Program-made: the position numbers and the translations under genes | Shown: positions 51,442-62,051 of the stretch, piece after piece | Layout of the letters: the number at the start of each line of letters is the position of its first letter | Position numbering within the stretch: position 1 is the stretch's first letter | From: a virus | Taxonomy: Duplodnaviria; Heunggongvirae; Uroviricota; Caudoviricetes | Length of the DNA stretch: 64,000 nt | Virus record (IMG/VR): IMGVR_UViG_2684622670_000009 | Location: 20,476-84,475 of that record | Reading direction: 5' to 3' (one strand) | The notes under the pieces: generated by a model | What the model was told of the DNA's origin: nothing | The model's input: only the letters and a program-made list of their open reading frames with translations | The model's database searches: none

Positions 51442-51933
51442 ATGAGAAAACTATTACTACCGTTATTATTTATGGCTGGGACTGTTAATGCAGCATCAAG
51501 TGTAAAGGAGATTTGTACCGATTATACGAAATACCTTGGGCACGTTTACGGCTTTGCTGTCAGTCAAGACGAATCCATGCGCAAGAAGTTACTGTCAGAT
51601 ATGAAACGCCTTAAACTTTCTGAAGCGATGGTGCAGCAAGAACTGTATAAAGTCGCAACCAACGAAAATGCTAAATATCAATATTCTCGCCTATTAAACC
51701 CCGATGCAAACGAGATTAATCGAAACTCTTTCGATTATATGGTAAAGGCATGCGAAACCGCTCCTGATTTTGCTATTCCTAGCTGGGGCGTGCTGGTGGC
51801 GAGCAATGCCGTTAATAAAGAAGATATTGGAAGAAATGGCATTGACTCAATCAGAAATGCCCCTGGAATGCGCCATCAAAACGTTCAGGGTACGCTTGAA
51901 GAGCGGGCCAGGGGACCGGGTGTAGCTCCATAA
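51442..51933 (+). CDS. Secreted 163-aa protein with a Sit-like C-terminal motif
   Basis: Signal peptide MRKLLLPLLFMAGTVNAA. The C-terminus GIDSIRNAPGMRHQNVQGTLEERARGPG resembles two Sit segments. Confidence 0.6.
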   Translation: MRKLLLPLLFMAGTVNAASSVKEICTDYTKYLGHVYGFAVSQDESMRKKLLSDMKRLKLSEAMVQQELYKVATNENAKYQYSRLLNPDANEINRNSFDYMVKACETAPDFAIPSWGVLVASNAVNKEDIGRNGIDSIRNAPGMRHQNVQGTLEERARGPGVAP

Positions 51934-52021
51934 TTTAATGAATAATATTAAATTCTCTGGGCATAGTGGATCTAACAATATGGATTATGCCTATAATATC
52001 TAAAATAAAAAGGATAAAAAT

Positions 52022-52528
52022 ATGAAATTATATAAGTCATTGTATATCTTTTTATTAATGTCCTCTTTTCTGCCATTATCAGCAATGGCAGGTTCTATCG
52101 TTTGGACGGTAGGAGGTGAGCAAGGGTGGAGAGAAATCTCTGCAACCAATGACGATGGTTACACAATTAACTTTTCTTGTGATGCTGGAGCAAGGGAAGG
52201 TTCCGAAGATCATATCGCTGGAAGAAATTTGTATGTAAGCGGAGGAAAAGAGAATGTCGATTTTTCTACACGCGACACAATCTCACGTAAAGCAGATGTA
52301 ATTACTTTAATTGTTGGTCAGGATAGTTTTAATATTGGCACGCAAAACACTGCTCCAAATCGTAGGGAATGGTATTCTTTTTGGAAGTCAGCGTCAGCCA
52401 CAAAAGAAAAAAACATGGATGTATATATCGGATCGCATCGAATTACATCATTCTCTCTTGATGGAATTTCAAGTATTTACAAGGAAGCTAAAAATGATGG
52501 ATGTTTAAAGCAAGATGACGGTGAATAA
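52022..52528 (+). CDS. Secreted 168-aa protein (unknown)
   Basis: Signal peptide MKLYKSLYIFLLMSSFLPLSAMA. AT-rich codons; two Cys residues. Confidence 0.55.
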   Translation: MKLYKSLYIFLLMSSFLPLSAMAGSIVWTVGGEQGWREISATNDDGYTINFSCDAGAREGSEDHIAGRNLYVSGGKENVDFSTRDTISRKADVITLIVGQDSFNIGTQNTAPNRREWYSFWKSASATKEKNMDVYIGSHRITSFSLDGISSIYKEAKNDGCLKQDDGE

Positions 52529-53699
52529 AGTGAAGGATATTAAAAAACTTGCACTTGGCTCAGTAAGCGATCTCTATAATAGAGATTCAAATATTACTTG
52601 GCGTGATAACTTAAGTAAAATCAAAATGCCAGGATATACATCGGCAAGTGATTTATTAAAATCAGAATATGCTTCTAATAATTTGGTTAGACAGTTGGCA
52701 CAACTGCAAAAAAACGCAATCATTCCATCGTATAAAGAACATATGGCAATCTTGCACAGACAGTTAAGAATATCGCGCCATGCTCAAGAACAACTTGCAA
52801 AGTTGAGTACACAAGCCTTAATTAGTGATTCTATTCTAAAACAGTTTTCGCATAGACCGAATTTGGCAGAAATAGGCAACGAGTATCGTAAACATATTGA
52901 TATTTTACAGAAACAGGCTCTGGCTTTTTTCCCGCGTGATGCCAATAAATACATTCAAATGCTAAGGAAACAGGCAGAAATTGCTATGCCGTTACGAAAC
53001 CAGTTCGAGATGCTTAATAAGCAAGCTGGTTTAAATAACATGCAGGCGATGTTTAATGAATTAAGACAACATGTAAATTATAAGACAGATTTAAATAATG
53101 GAATAGCACTATTATTAAAACAATATACTCTGGCAAAAGGTTCTCCATTGCATCAAGTAATGGAGCAAGGTCTTTCATCTTTTGCACAGGCTTATGCTGA
53201 AGGTGCTACTGAAACATCACACACGAAAAGTAATGTTCAAAACAAAGGATTAAATAAATATAGCTCAAAGTTTGTTGATTCATTTAAAGAGCTTCCTTAT
53301 CCACTGCAATGGTTACTAATGGTTATATTTTCTCAGGTTGTGTTTGGTGCTTTTATTGATTACGGAAAAGAGAAAACCTTGCTGGGAATACACAAGGCAG
53401 AATCATATGTTATATCGCTGTTTGAGGATAAACCAATATCAAAACAACAAATAATTAAAGAAAACAAAGAAATTAGTTGGGATGATCTCAATGGTTTTCG
53501 TTTTATAACTGGTGAGAACGTAAGATTACACGTCAGTCCTTCTATAAATAGTGAGGTTATTGAATGCATTGGCAAAAATACTATAGTGGCTGTTTTAGAT
53601 AAAAAAGATCGCCAATGGCTTTTCGTGCAGGTTAAATCAGGGGACGAGTTTATTACTGGATGGATTACACGAACATACACAAAGCCTCTTAAGGCTTGA
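52515..53699 (+). CDS. 394-aa membrane-anchored protein with helical Q/K-rich repeats and a C-terminal SH3b domain
   Basis: Overlaps the previous stop by 14 nt. TM segment LQWLLMVIFSQVVFGAFIDYG. C-terminus VRLHVSPSINSEVIECIGKNTIVAVLDKKDRQWLFVQVKSGDEFITGWI is typical of bacterial SH3. Confidence 0.6.
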   Translation: MTVNKVKDIKKLALGSVSDLYNRDSNITWRDNLSKIKMPGYTSASDLLKSEYASNNLVRQLAQLQKNAIIPSYKEHMAILHRQLRISRHAQEQLAKLSTQALISDSILKQFSHRPNLAEIGNEYRKHIDILQKQALAFFPRDANKYIQMLRKQAEIAMPLRNQFEMLNKQAGLNNMQAMFNELRQHVNYKTDLNNGIALLLKQYTLAKGSPLHQVMEQGLSSFAQAYAEGATETSHTKSNVQNKGLNKYSSKFVDSFKELPYPLQWLLMVIFSQVVFGAFIDYGKEKTLLGIHKAESYVISLFEDKPISKQQIIKENKEISWDDLNGFRFITGENVRLHVSPSINSEVIECIGKNTIVAVLDKKDRQWLFVQVKSGDEFITGWITRTYTKPLKA

Positions 53700-53798
53700 A
53701 TTTTATCACCGTATCTTGGGGCTGGTTGTTGATGACGATGTGCTACTTGAAGTACTTGAGTTTTTTAACGCAGCATCTGAAATGTGCAGACTGACCGG

Positions 53799-53821
53799 TA
53801 ACAAATGACAACTCGTAGAAT
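53799..53821 (+). promoter_or_regulatory. Late promoter of the tail operon
   Basis: TAACAAATGACAACTCGTAGAAT; same core as the sites at 17266 and 38847. Confidence 0.5.
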
Positions 53822-53828
53822 CGGTTAA

Positions 53829-54419
<591 letters not shown>

Positions 54420-54429
54420 GGTCGTTGAT

Positions 54430-55041
54430 ATGGGACTTAATGTTGCATCAGTAAAGTCTTATGTATCTTCGGCATTAACGACGACATTATTTGGCTCCGG
54501 CGTTGGTGAGCGGGAAGTTGGTAAGCTGACGTCAATCATCATGAACAAAATGTTGTTCGCGCAAGGATGGCAGTTCTCTGTCGAAGTTGATGGACTGGAG
54601 GGGGCAGACTTCTTTGCCAAAGACATTACCTACCACGATTACAGCATCGAATATGAAACGATTAAAATCGGCGGAGGGAATATCCTTCAGCCAACGGAGC
54701 GTTCTCCTGGGCAGATAACAATGATGGTCAGGGATACCGTTGATGGCCTCGTTTTGGACTGGTTTAAGACGGCAAAAAGTCGGGTGATCAATCCGGACGG
54801 TACCGGGAACATACCGTCTAAATATTTGCTCAATGTGCGTATTTATCGGTTGCTGTCTTCCGGTTTAACCAAACTGGAAAATGAGATGACGGTATTCCCG
54901 GTCACTACCGGCGATGTCACCTATGCGCGGGATCAGGTTACGGAATTTAAGTCATTCCCAATGACCTTCGCATTGCACAGCACGTTTAACCAATCCTCAA
55001 GTTCTTTGGCTTCCCTTCTGGGCTTTAGCTTTTCTCTTTGA
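54430..55041 (+). CDS. tub: Tail tube protein
   Basis: 203 aa in the P1 tub position two genes upstream of sit. Tube-like beta-rich sequence. Confidence 0.6.
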   Translation: MGLNVASVKSYVSSALTTTLFGSGVGEREVGKLTSIIMNKMLFAQGWQFSVEVDGLEGADFFAKDITYHDYSIEYETIKIGGGNILQPTERSPGQITMMVRDTVDGLVLDWFKTAKSRVINPDGTGNIPSKYLLNVRIYRLLSSGLTKLENEMTVFPVTTGDVTYARDQVTEFKSFPMTFALHSTFNQSSSSLASLLGFSFSL

Positions 55042-55055
55042 ATTAAGGAGCAAGG

Positions 55056-55937
55056 ATGCTTTTACCTCTTTTCCCGCTACCATCGCGGCCAACTGAATTG
55101 ATCCAGTTCCGTCAGCCAAATATTGCTGATGCGATGCGTTTCAACTCGATAACGCCGGAGGAGCAAGAACAGCAGACAACGGCGTATTTAAAAGCCTTGC
55201 TGGCTGAACCCGCGAAACATGATCCCCTGACATGGACGGCGCAGGACCGGATTACCGCGTTATGGTGGATATTTACTGGCTCTCGTGAAACACCGGTCGA
55301 GACATTCACCTACACCTGTAAACATTGCGGTAAAGAGCATTATTACGATTGCGATATGAATGCTCTGGCTGAAGATATCCAGGTCCTGGAAGTGGAACCG
55401 TTCATTGACGATATTGAGGTGTCTGTAGAGGGAGTGCCTTATCAATGGCGTATCGTGCCGCTTGATGGCTGGGCAATGGAAATGCTGGAGATGCGCCGTG
55501 CAGCATTGCCATCTGAAGACGACGCGGAATTCAAAGAAGCGATCGTTGATTTGCGTTTTTGGGAATTCGCTTATCAGTGTGAGCTTTATAACGATGTTAG
55601 CGGTACTCGTGAAGATCAGGCTGAGCGTCGTTATGAAACGATTAAACGGATGGCCATTGATACTGAATTTATGAAGCTGGCGGCACACATCCGACTGGCT
55701 CATGAAAAGCTCGAACATGGTTTACCGTGCTACATCGATAAAGGTGAAATGCGTCTTCGTCTCCCGCCGCATAAATGCCCAAATCAGGATAAAAAGGAGT
55801 CCACAGAGGGTGCATATACCCGTCTGTGGGTGCCCTTTCGGGCTACCGACTTCATTCCACAGGTGGGGATTGAAAAGCTATCAGACCTTAGTGTCCAACC
55901 TGGTTTTGTATGGGGGTATACCGATTCAGGACGCTGA
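55056..55937 (+). CDS. Tail assembly protein (P1 pmgB position); the 3' end may continue in the +1 frame to 56007
   Basis: 293 aa with CKHCGKEHYYDC. The stop lies 80 nt before sit, while the +1 frame stays open across a G5 run (55912-55916). Confidence 0.55.
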   Translation: MLLPLFPLPSRPTELIQFRQPNIADAMRFNSITPEEQEQQTTAYLKALLAEPAKHDPLTWTAQDRITALWWIFTGSRETPVETFTYTCKHCGKEHYYDCDMNALAEDIQVLEVEPFIDDIEVSVEGVPYQWRIVPLDGWAMEMLEMRRAALPSEDDAEFKEAIVDLRFWEFAYQCELYNDVSGTREDQAERRYETIKRMAIDTEFMKLAAHIRLAHEKLEHGLPCYIDKGEMRLRLPPHKCPNQDKKESTEGAYTRLWVPFRATDFIPQVGIEKLSDLSVQPGFVWGYTDSGR

Positions 55938-56018
55938 AAGGCTTACTGAATCCTATGCGTTTTTCCTGTTGGAGAAACTGGAAGAAAAACTTAAACCGAA
56001 ACGGTAGGCGATAAGATC

Positions 56019-59000
56019 ATGGAAAGAAAAAACGCCAACATTGACGATGTTATAAGGACAGTTGAAACCGCCAGCGCAAAAGAGCTGGAAGAGCTTGCAG
56101 GTATCCGGGAAGCTGTTGAAGATTTGAAAGGGGGGCGCGTTGCAACTGTTGATCCTGTCTCTCGCAGTGTGTCGGCATTAAATCGCACAATCGAAAATTC
56201 CCGGCCTGACTTTGTGGCCAAAGCGCCATCCGTAGACCCTATTGTTGACGCAATGAAACGGCTTAATTTAGGGGACGTTTCTCGTGTAGTTCAGGAAGAT
56301 GTTGCTCAACAGGAACAGCAGGCCAAATCAACCACACCAAAGGGTAAAAAACGACGCAGGAAGGCTATACCAGAGGATGTAAAGGCACAACGGACCGAAG
56401 CAGCCGAACACGCTCGCGAAATGTTCGGTCAAAAAGGCGGTGCGCAAAAAAGCCAAAACCAACGCGATGCGCGTGGTCGTTTTATTGGAAAGTCAGGGAG
56501 TAAGTCCGCAGCGGAAGATGCCCGTGCTGAACGTGCTGAAAAGGCCAGGCGCAAAGAGGATGATGAGCGTCTAAATGCTGAATCAGGTTTATTAAAAAAA
56601 CTGTCAAAAGTAGCTGAAGGCATAGGTAACCCTTCAGAGACTCGTGCCGTCGATGCGTTAGGTTATGCCGTTGCTGGTCCATTGTGGGCAGCAGGGAAGG
56701 AGCTTGGCGGGATATCAAAAGAAGTTGGTGGATCGCTTAATGGTGCCAGAAAGTCTATTGCCGATGTGATTCGTGGCAATGACGATAACAGCCGTAGAAA
56801 AGGTTTTTTTAGGCGTAAATCGCAAAATAGTGCCGATGTCGTTCAGGTTAACACCCAAAAACGGACGGTTCAGGAACTTCAGGAGCAGACCAGCGAAATT
56901 AAAGAGGGCAATGACAAGATTCTCAGCGCCCTTGATCAAATAGCCAAAAACACCGGGAAAAAGAAGGGCGGCTTGCTGTCCAAACTATTTAGCCTGTTAG
57001 GGAAGGGGGCCGGTGGCGTCGCGTCGTTGTTAATGGGGCGTGGCATGCTGAAAAAAGCTGGAGCACTCGCTTTTGGCGCTCTGGGGGCAAAGAAACTTGT
57101 AGGAATGCTACGCGGTGGTGGCAAGAAAACTCTCACCCATGAAGGCGGAGATTTGGCTGCCCGGGCAGCAGGTAAACTTGGATTAAAGGTAGTTGGTAAA
57201 GGGGCGTTACGCGCAATTCCCCTAGTCGGCACAGTGGCTGGAGGTATTTATGATGCGGTAACCGGTTGGAATGATACAGAAGCGCAACGTCGAGCGTTTG
57301 GGCTTAAATCAGGACAAGATCCATCATTCCAGCAAAAAGCCGCTTATACGTTAGCCAATGTTCTTGATTTGGGAGGACTGGTATCTGGTATTAGCAATGT
57401 CATTGGTAGCGTTCTCAAATCACTTGGATTTGAGGATATCGGCAATATGTTGCAATCATTTTCGACGGAAAGTATTGCACAGGCCATTGATAGTGGAATT
57501 ACCAATTTAGAAACATATATTTCTAACCTTGGTGATACTATATCCACGACATTTAGTGATTATACCGCAAAGATTGGTGATGCTATTTCAGGATGGTTCA
57601 GTGACACAACAAAGAACTTGAACGAAAAATTAGACGCCATCAAAAACTTCTTTACTGTCGATAACCTGAAACAGGTTTTTAGTGATGCAATTGATAGTGC
57701 AATTGATTTCATTAAGAACCCAAGGAAACACATTAAAGAGGCTGGCAGTAATCTATGGAGTGCCGCAAAAGAGCTTTCAGGTGAGATTGCAGATGCTGCT
57801 GTTCAGAGCACTCCTGTGGCCTGGGTTGCATCAAAGCTAGTCAATAAAGCGGATGCGAAAGAGGTTACACCTGAATTAAAAATACCTGCTAAAGAACGTC
57901 AGGAGGGCAATGCTCCTAAGACTGAATATATCCCTAAAAAGGCTAATATTGTCACTCGTGTTGTAAATGCATCCCTGGATACGGCGAAAGATAGCAATAA
58001 AACAGTTAAAGAAACTGCCAATCAGATAATCAATGCAAATGCTGTAGAAACGGGCAATAGCGCGTTGCAGAAAATTGATAAAGCTATTGGTCAAAATAGC
58101 TCGTCATCATCCTCGCTTAATACCACTGGCACCAGGAATGACATTCAGAAAGCTGCGGATACCTACAATAATGGCAACTTGGATGTAAAAGTCGGAAGTC
58201 TTGGAGCTGAAGGTAAGGCAAATCTCGATAAGTTGGCTCCGTATTTTGCTGAACTAGAGAATAAATATGGCCTTCCTGAAGGTACTCTTTACGCGATCGC
58301 TGCAACTGAATCTGGTGGTGATCCTAACGCAAAATCTACGCTTACAAGATCACCAAATGGAAAGCTAAGTGGTGGCGCTCTCGGAATGTTCCAGTTTACG
58401 AGCGTTGCTCGTGAGGAAACTGGATTATCCCGGGAAGATTCTTTTAATCCGGAAAAATCGGCAGAAGCTGCGGCTCTTCTCATGAGCAAGTATCTGAAGC
58501 AAGCCAATGGAGACTTAAACGAGGCCATCACTGCATATAACGCTGGGTTTGGCACTATCAATAAGTGGAAAAAAGGCACAGGTGACTTATCGAAAGAAAA
58601 CCGTGAGTACGCGATCAAGGTCAATACTCATCGTGCTCGCTATTTAGGTGGTGAAATCTATACACCTGGAGCAGGAGCACAGGGTGGGGCGCAATATGGA
58701 GTGAGGGGACCACTGCCTGATAACGCTGTTATCGATCAGTCTACTGGCCTAGCGTTTACCCCTGGTGATAGCCCGTTTGAGAAAGGCGGTCTGGTAGACA
58801 AAATCGGCAATGCTGTTGGCGTTAACGATCTGGTCAACAAATTCATGAATGGCCGGGGTATGCGTCGGGAAGTCGTTCAGGGAACGCTCGAAGAACGTGC
58901 ACGAGGGAAGGGGACCGCAACAGCAGCTGGCAATGTGTATGTTGATACTCCGATGCCAGTTGAAGAGGCGCGTCCGGTGGCCAGCAACTCAAGTTACTTT

Positions 59001-59423
59001 GACCAGCTCGGCGCACAAATGGGGATTGATGGGCTATTCGATAAACTCCGCAATGCGCCGGGGATGCGGAAAAGTAATGCGCCTGAACCAGCCACTACGT
59101 CCCAGGTGACGACTGCCGCCAACGATTTGCAGCAACCAACTGGTCGTATGCAGATAGATGGGCAGGTTATTAGTGACCTTGGCGGCTCCGGTGCCAAGCC
59201 GACAATGCAGTTGGCTGATAATACCGTTTCACTTGATGGTGAAACGAAGCGGCTGTTTGCGCAGATGACCTCATTGCTTGCCAGGATTGAAGAGCACACT
59301 AAAGACTCGGCGAAAGGCCAGGGAACTGTCGTAAAGGTCAGCACGCCTCAACCGGGCGTTATGCGCACGGTGCCACTGTCAATTGATGATCCGTTGATGA
59401 ATGACTACGCGAGAGTTGATTGA
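56019..59423 (+). CDS. sit: Tape-measure-like protein with a lytic transglycosylase domain (Sit)
   Basis: 1134 aa. SLT motif AIAATESGGDPNAKS...GALGMFQF. Long helical and Gly-rich regions. Confidence 0.85.
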   Translation: MERKNANIDDVIRTVETASAKELEELAGIREAVEDLKGGRVATVDPVSRSVSALNRTIENSRPDFVAKAPSVDPIVDAMKRLNLGDVSRVVQEDVAQQEQQAKSTTPKGKKRRRKAIPEDVKAQRTEAAEHAREMFGQKGGAQKSQNQRDARGRFIGKSGSKSAAEDARAERAEKARRKEDDERLNAESGLLKKLSKVAEGIGNPSETRAVDALGYAVAGPLWAAGKELGGISKEVGGSLNGARKSIADVIRGNDDNSRRKGFFRRKSQNSADVVQVNTQKRTVQELQEQTSEIKEGNDKILSALDQIAKNTGKKKGGLLSKLFSLLGKGAGGVASLLMGRGMLKKAGALAFGALGAKKLVGMLRGGGKKTLTHEGGDLAARAAGKLGLKVVGKGALRAIPLVGTVAGGIYDAVTGWNDTEAQRRAFGLKSGQDPSFQQKAAYTLANVLDLGGLVSGISNVIGSVLKSLGFEDIGNMLQSFSTESIAQAIDSGITNLETYISNLGDTISTTFSDYTAKIGDAISGWFSDTTKNLNEKLDAIKNFFTVDNLKQVFSDAIDSAIDFIKNPRKHIKEAGSNLWSAAKELSGEIADAAVQSTPVAWVASKLVNKADAKEVTPELKIPAKERQEGNAPKTEYIPKKANIVTRVVNASLDTAKDSNKTVKETANQIINANAVETGNSALQKIDKAIGQNSSSSSSLNTTGTRNDIQKAADTYNNGNLDVKVGSLGAEGKANLDKLAPYFAELENKYGLPEGTLYAIAATESGGDPNAKSTLTRSPNGKLSGGALGMFQFTSVAREETGLSREDSFNPEKSAEAAALLMSKYLKQANGDLNEAITAYNAGFGTINKWKKGTGDLSKENREYAIKVNTHRARYLGGEIYTPGAGAQGGAQYGVRGPLPDNAVIDQSTGLAFTPGDSPFEKGGLVDKIGNAVGVNDLVNKFMNGRGMRREVVQGTLEERARGKGTATAAGNVYVDTPMPVEEARPVASNSSYFDQLGAQMGIDGLFDKLRNAPGMRKSNAPEPATTSQVTTAANDLQQPTGRMQIDGQVISDLGGSGAKPTMQLADNTVSLDGETKRLFAQMTSLLARIEEHTKDSAKGQGTVVKVSTPQPGVMRTVPLSIDDPLMNDYARVD

Positions 59424-59779
59424 TGGCCAACAATAACGAAATTGATCCTTTACTGACGCTGGAGTTATCCGGCGTAAAAACGTATGAGTCCCAGGAGGAG
59501 GCCTGGGGCGCTCGTTTATATGAGTGGCTAAACACTTATCAGGGTGAGGTATACGGCGATCCGTCATGGGGCAATGTTTTACCGCAGTTTAAACACGAAC
59601 CGACCAACTTGTCGCATGTTCAAATTGCGGTTGAGGCCATGCTTTTGCAAAAGTTGACGGTGGATTTACCCGACATACCTATTTCTGGCTTGTCAGTAGC
59701 CGAGGGAGATGCTTTTGATAAGTTGAAAATATCCATTCGTATCAGGGATATAACTATCACACAGGACGTGGTGCTATGA
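59420..59779 (+). CDS. Baseplate wedge protein (gpW/gp25-like; P1 pmgA position)
   Basis: 119 aa with GEVYGDPSWGNVLPQF, typical of the family. Confidence 0.55.
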   Translation: MMANNNEIDPLLTLELSGVKTYESQEEAWGARLYEWLNTYQGEVYGDPSWGNVLPQFKHEPTNLSHVQIAVEAMLLQKLTVDLPDIPISGLSVAEGDAFDKLKISIRIRDITITQDVVL

Positions 59780-61209
59780 ATAAAACAACACCAACTAAAG
59801 ACAGTATTCGTGCAGAGTTTGAAGAGCTTGTCGAGAAAGATTCATTCTGGTCTAAGTTTGTCGGCTCTCAATTTGTCTCGATGCTGACATTGTTTATTAC
59901 CCAGATTGTCTACAGGTGCTTTCAGTATGCCGATGCGGCGCTGGCTGAAGGCTTTATATCGACCGCGACGCGGCGTTCCTCTATCCTGGCAGCGGCAGAA
60001 ACGAATAGTTACGTTGGTACCAAGCCAACACCATCATCGGGGATGATTGAGATCACCGCCACAAGTGAAGATGCCCCAGTGGTAATCCCCAAAAACATGC
60101 CTTTAATATCTGACGACCAGTACCCTTACATGACTATGGATGTATGCAGGTTGGTTGACGGCACCGGTACGGTAGAAGTGGCACAGTTGGAAATCCAGGA
60201 GGTGACATATACCGTTACGGCAGCCAAAGAATTTCTGGAAGTCGTGTTATCAAAGGCTCTCACTGCTGTCTGCTATAAGCTGGAAGTATTCGTGACGACC
60301 GATGGTAAGACCACGCAGTGGTCTTCCAGCACTATGTTCCGGTTAGCCGGTAGTAAAAGCCAGGTCTACGTTGAGTTTTATAAACCATCCGAGCAGTTGG
60401 GGGTTCGATTCGGCGATGGGCTAATTGGGCAAATACCGCCAGAAGGCTCGACAATTACGCTTAAGGTATGGTGCACCAACGGCGATATAACCCTGGTTGC
60501 TGGCCAAAACCTGACGCCTGTCGATTCTGCGGCTAATTTAGCTAATTTGATTTCAGTTAAGACAACGACACCTATAACCGCAGGTACCGATGCCGAAACA
60601 ACGGAGATCACACGTAACCGTGCACAATATTACCTTGCATATGATGATCAGGTCGTATGGGGCGGGGACTATACGTATTTTCTGGTGCGTAACATCCCGG
60701 GACTGTCCTGGGTAAAGGCATGGGGCGAGGGTCAGCAAGAAAAATTAGATGGTGCTTATAATGTTCAGAATATCAATAAGATATTTATTTCAGGATGGCA
60801 TCCGAATAAAAGTCAGTCAGAGCTTGAAGAAATGATCCTGGCCGCCTTTAAGAAGGTGCCGAATGAGTTGAACAAGAAATTCTCGTATAAAGAGGTCAGA
60901 AAACTACCCTTTAAGATCACCATCACCGGGCGGATATCGGCAAGCCTGACCATTGAGAACGTAACCGATGAGCTGAAGTCGGCACTGGAAACAAAATTTG
61001 GGCGCGACTCAACTTTCTTTGATCCGAACCGCGTCGGAAAGTACATCCTGATTAAGAAAAAAGATGTTTGGGCGTTTATCGAAACGCTAGGTTATTTCCG
61101 CGACTTTTATCTGGAATTTGTCGAGTGGAATGAGTCCAACGGCTTTTACGATTTCGTTTATCTGGATACAGAAAACTCCACCTTTAATATTTCGTATGAG
61201 GAGGAGTGA
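59776..61209 (+). CDS. bplA: Baseplate J-like protein
   Basis: 477 aa, overlapping both neighbours by 4 nt. Size and position match gpJ/gp6-type baseplate proteins. Confidence 0.6.
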   Translation: MNKTTPTKDSIRAEFEELVEKDSFWSKFVGSQFVSMLTLFITQIVYRCFQYADAALAEGFISTATRRSSILAAAETNSYVGTKPTPSSGMIEITATSEDAPVVIPKNMPLISDDQYPYMTMDVCRLVDGTGTVEVAQLEIQEVTYTVTAAKEFLEVVLSKALTAVCYKLEVFVTTDGKTTQWSSSTMFRLAGSKSQVYVEFYKPSEQLGVRFGDGLIGQIPPEGSTITLKVWCTNGDITLVAGQNLTPVDSAANLANLISVKTTTPITAGTDAETTEITRNRAQYYLAYDDQVVWGGDYTYFLVRNIPGLSWVKAWGEGQQEKLDGAYNVQNINKIFISGWHPNKSQSELEEMILAAFKKVPNELNKKFSYKEVRKLPFKITITGRISASLTIENVTDELKSALETKFGRDSTFFDPNRVGKYILIKKKDVWAFIETLGYFRDFYLEFVEWNESNGFYDFVYLDTENSTFNISYEEE

Positions 61210-62045
61210 TGCAACGTTCCTGGTTTAATAACCGACTTACATCAGCTAAGCAAAAGTCATTGCTCTATAAATCATTGGCTGATTTGGTTCAGTCAATGAT
61301 AGACACCTTTGTTGACCCATGGTTGGAGCGAATTACCAACCGGAAGTCTATTTTCTCCATGAGCAAGGAGGATCTGGAGACCAGGACAAATGAACTTGGC
61401 CAGTTCTTTACTATCAGAACTTCGAACTCATCTTCCGTTCCGATGTTGTTACAACAGCGGCTTGATGAGATCCACTTTAAGGGAACTGAACGCCCTATAA
61501 ACCAGACAATTTACCGCGAATTTAACGGTATTTCTGTTTTATGGGATCCGATATATGCACCGGTGGACCTTGAGCGTCATCCCTACGGCACAGTTCTAAT
61601 ACCAGAAAGCACACTGGAGACTACCGGCGGCACATTCGGTGAGATGTTTCTGACTTCCAGAGGGATGATCAGTATTCCCATAAACGACCTGGCCCGGACA
61701 ATGGGAATTACTGGCACGATAGATCAGTCCGCAATTACAGAAGAAATTCTCAGAAAGTTTAATCAGTTCGTAAAGCCTCTACTGCCACTGCATATAGTGT
61801 TTGATGGGCTTACGCTCTATTTGTCGGTTGTTGTAAATGAACAGGCCGACATGATCACTTTGAACGAGATTTCTGATATCGAAAAAGCGTACTGCTGGTT
61901 TGAAACTTCGGATACAACTTCGCTTACTGGAGTTACGTCGATTAGCGCCCCGATCACCGCAACGCCGGGCGGCACTATTGTGAAAGCCACACCTACGTTT
62001 GATCGCACCCGTGCAGATGATTTGTTGCTGGATAGCGATGTCTGA
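61206..62045 (+). CDS. Baseplate/tail-fibre attachment protein (P1 gene 16 position)
   Basis: 279 aa; assigned by synteny. Confidence 0.5.
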   Translation: MMQRSWFNNRLTSAKQKSLLYKSLADLVQSMIDTFVDPWLERITNRKSIFSMSKEDLETRTNELGQFFTIRTSNSSSVPMLLQQRLDEIHFKGTERPINQTIYREFNGISVLWDPIYAPVDLERHPYGTVLIPESTLETTGGTFGEMFLTSRGMISIPINDLARTMGITGTIDQSAITEEILRKFNQFVKPLLPLHIVFDGLTLYLSVVVNEQADMITLNEISDIEKAYCWFETSDTTSLTGVTSISAPITATPGGTIVKATPTFDRTRADDLLLDSDV

Positions 62046-62051
62046 TAACAA

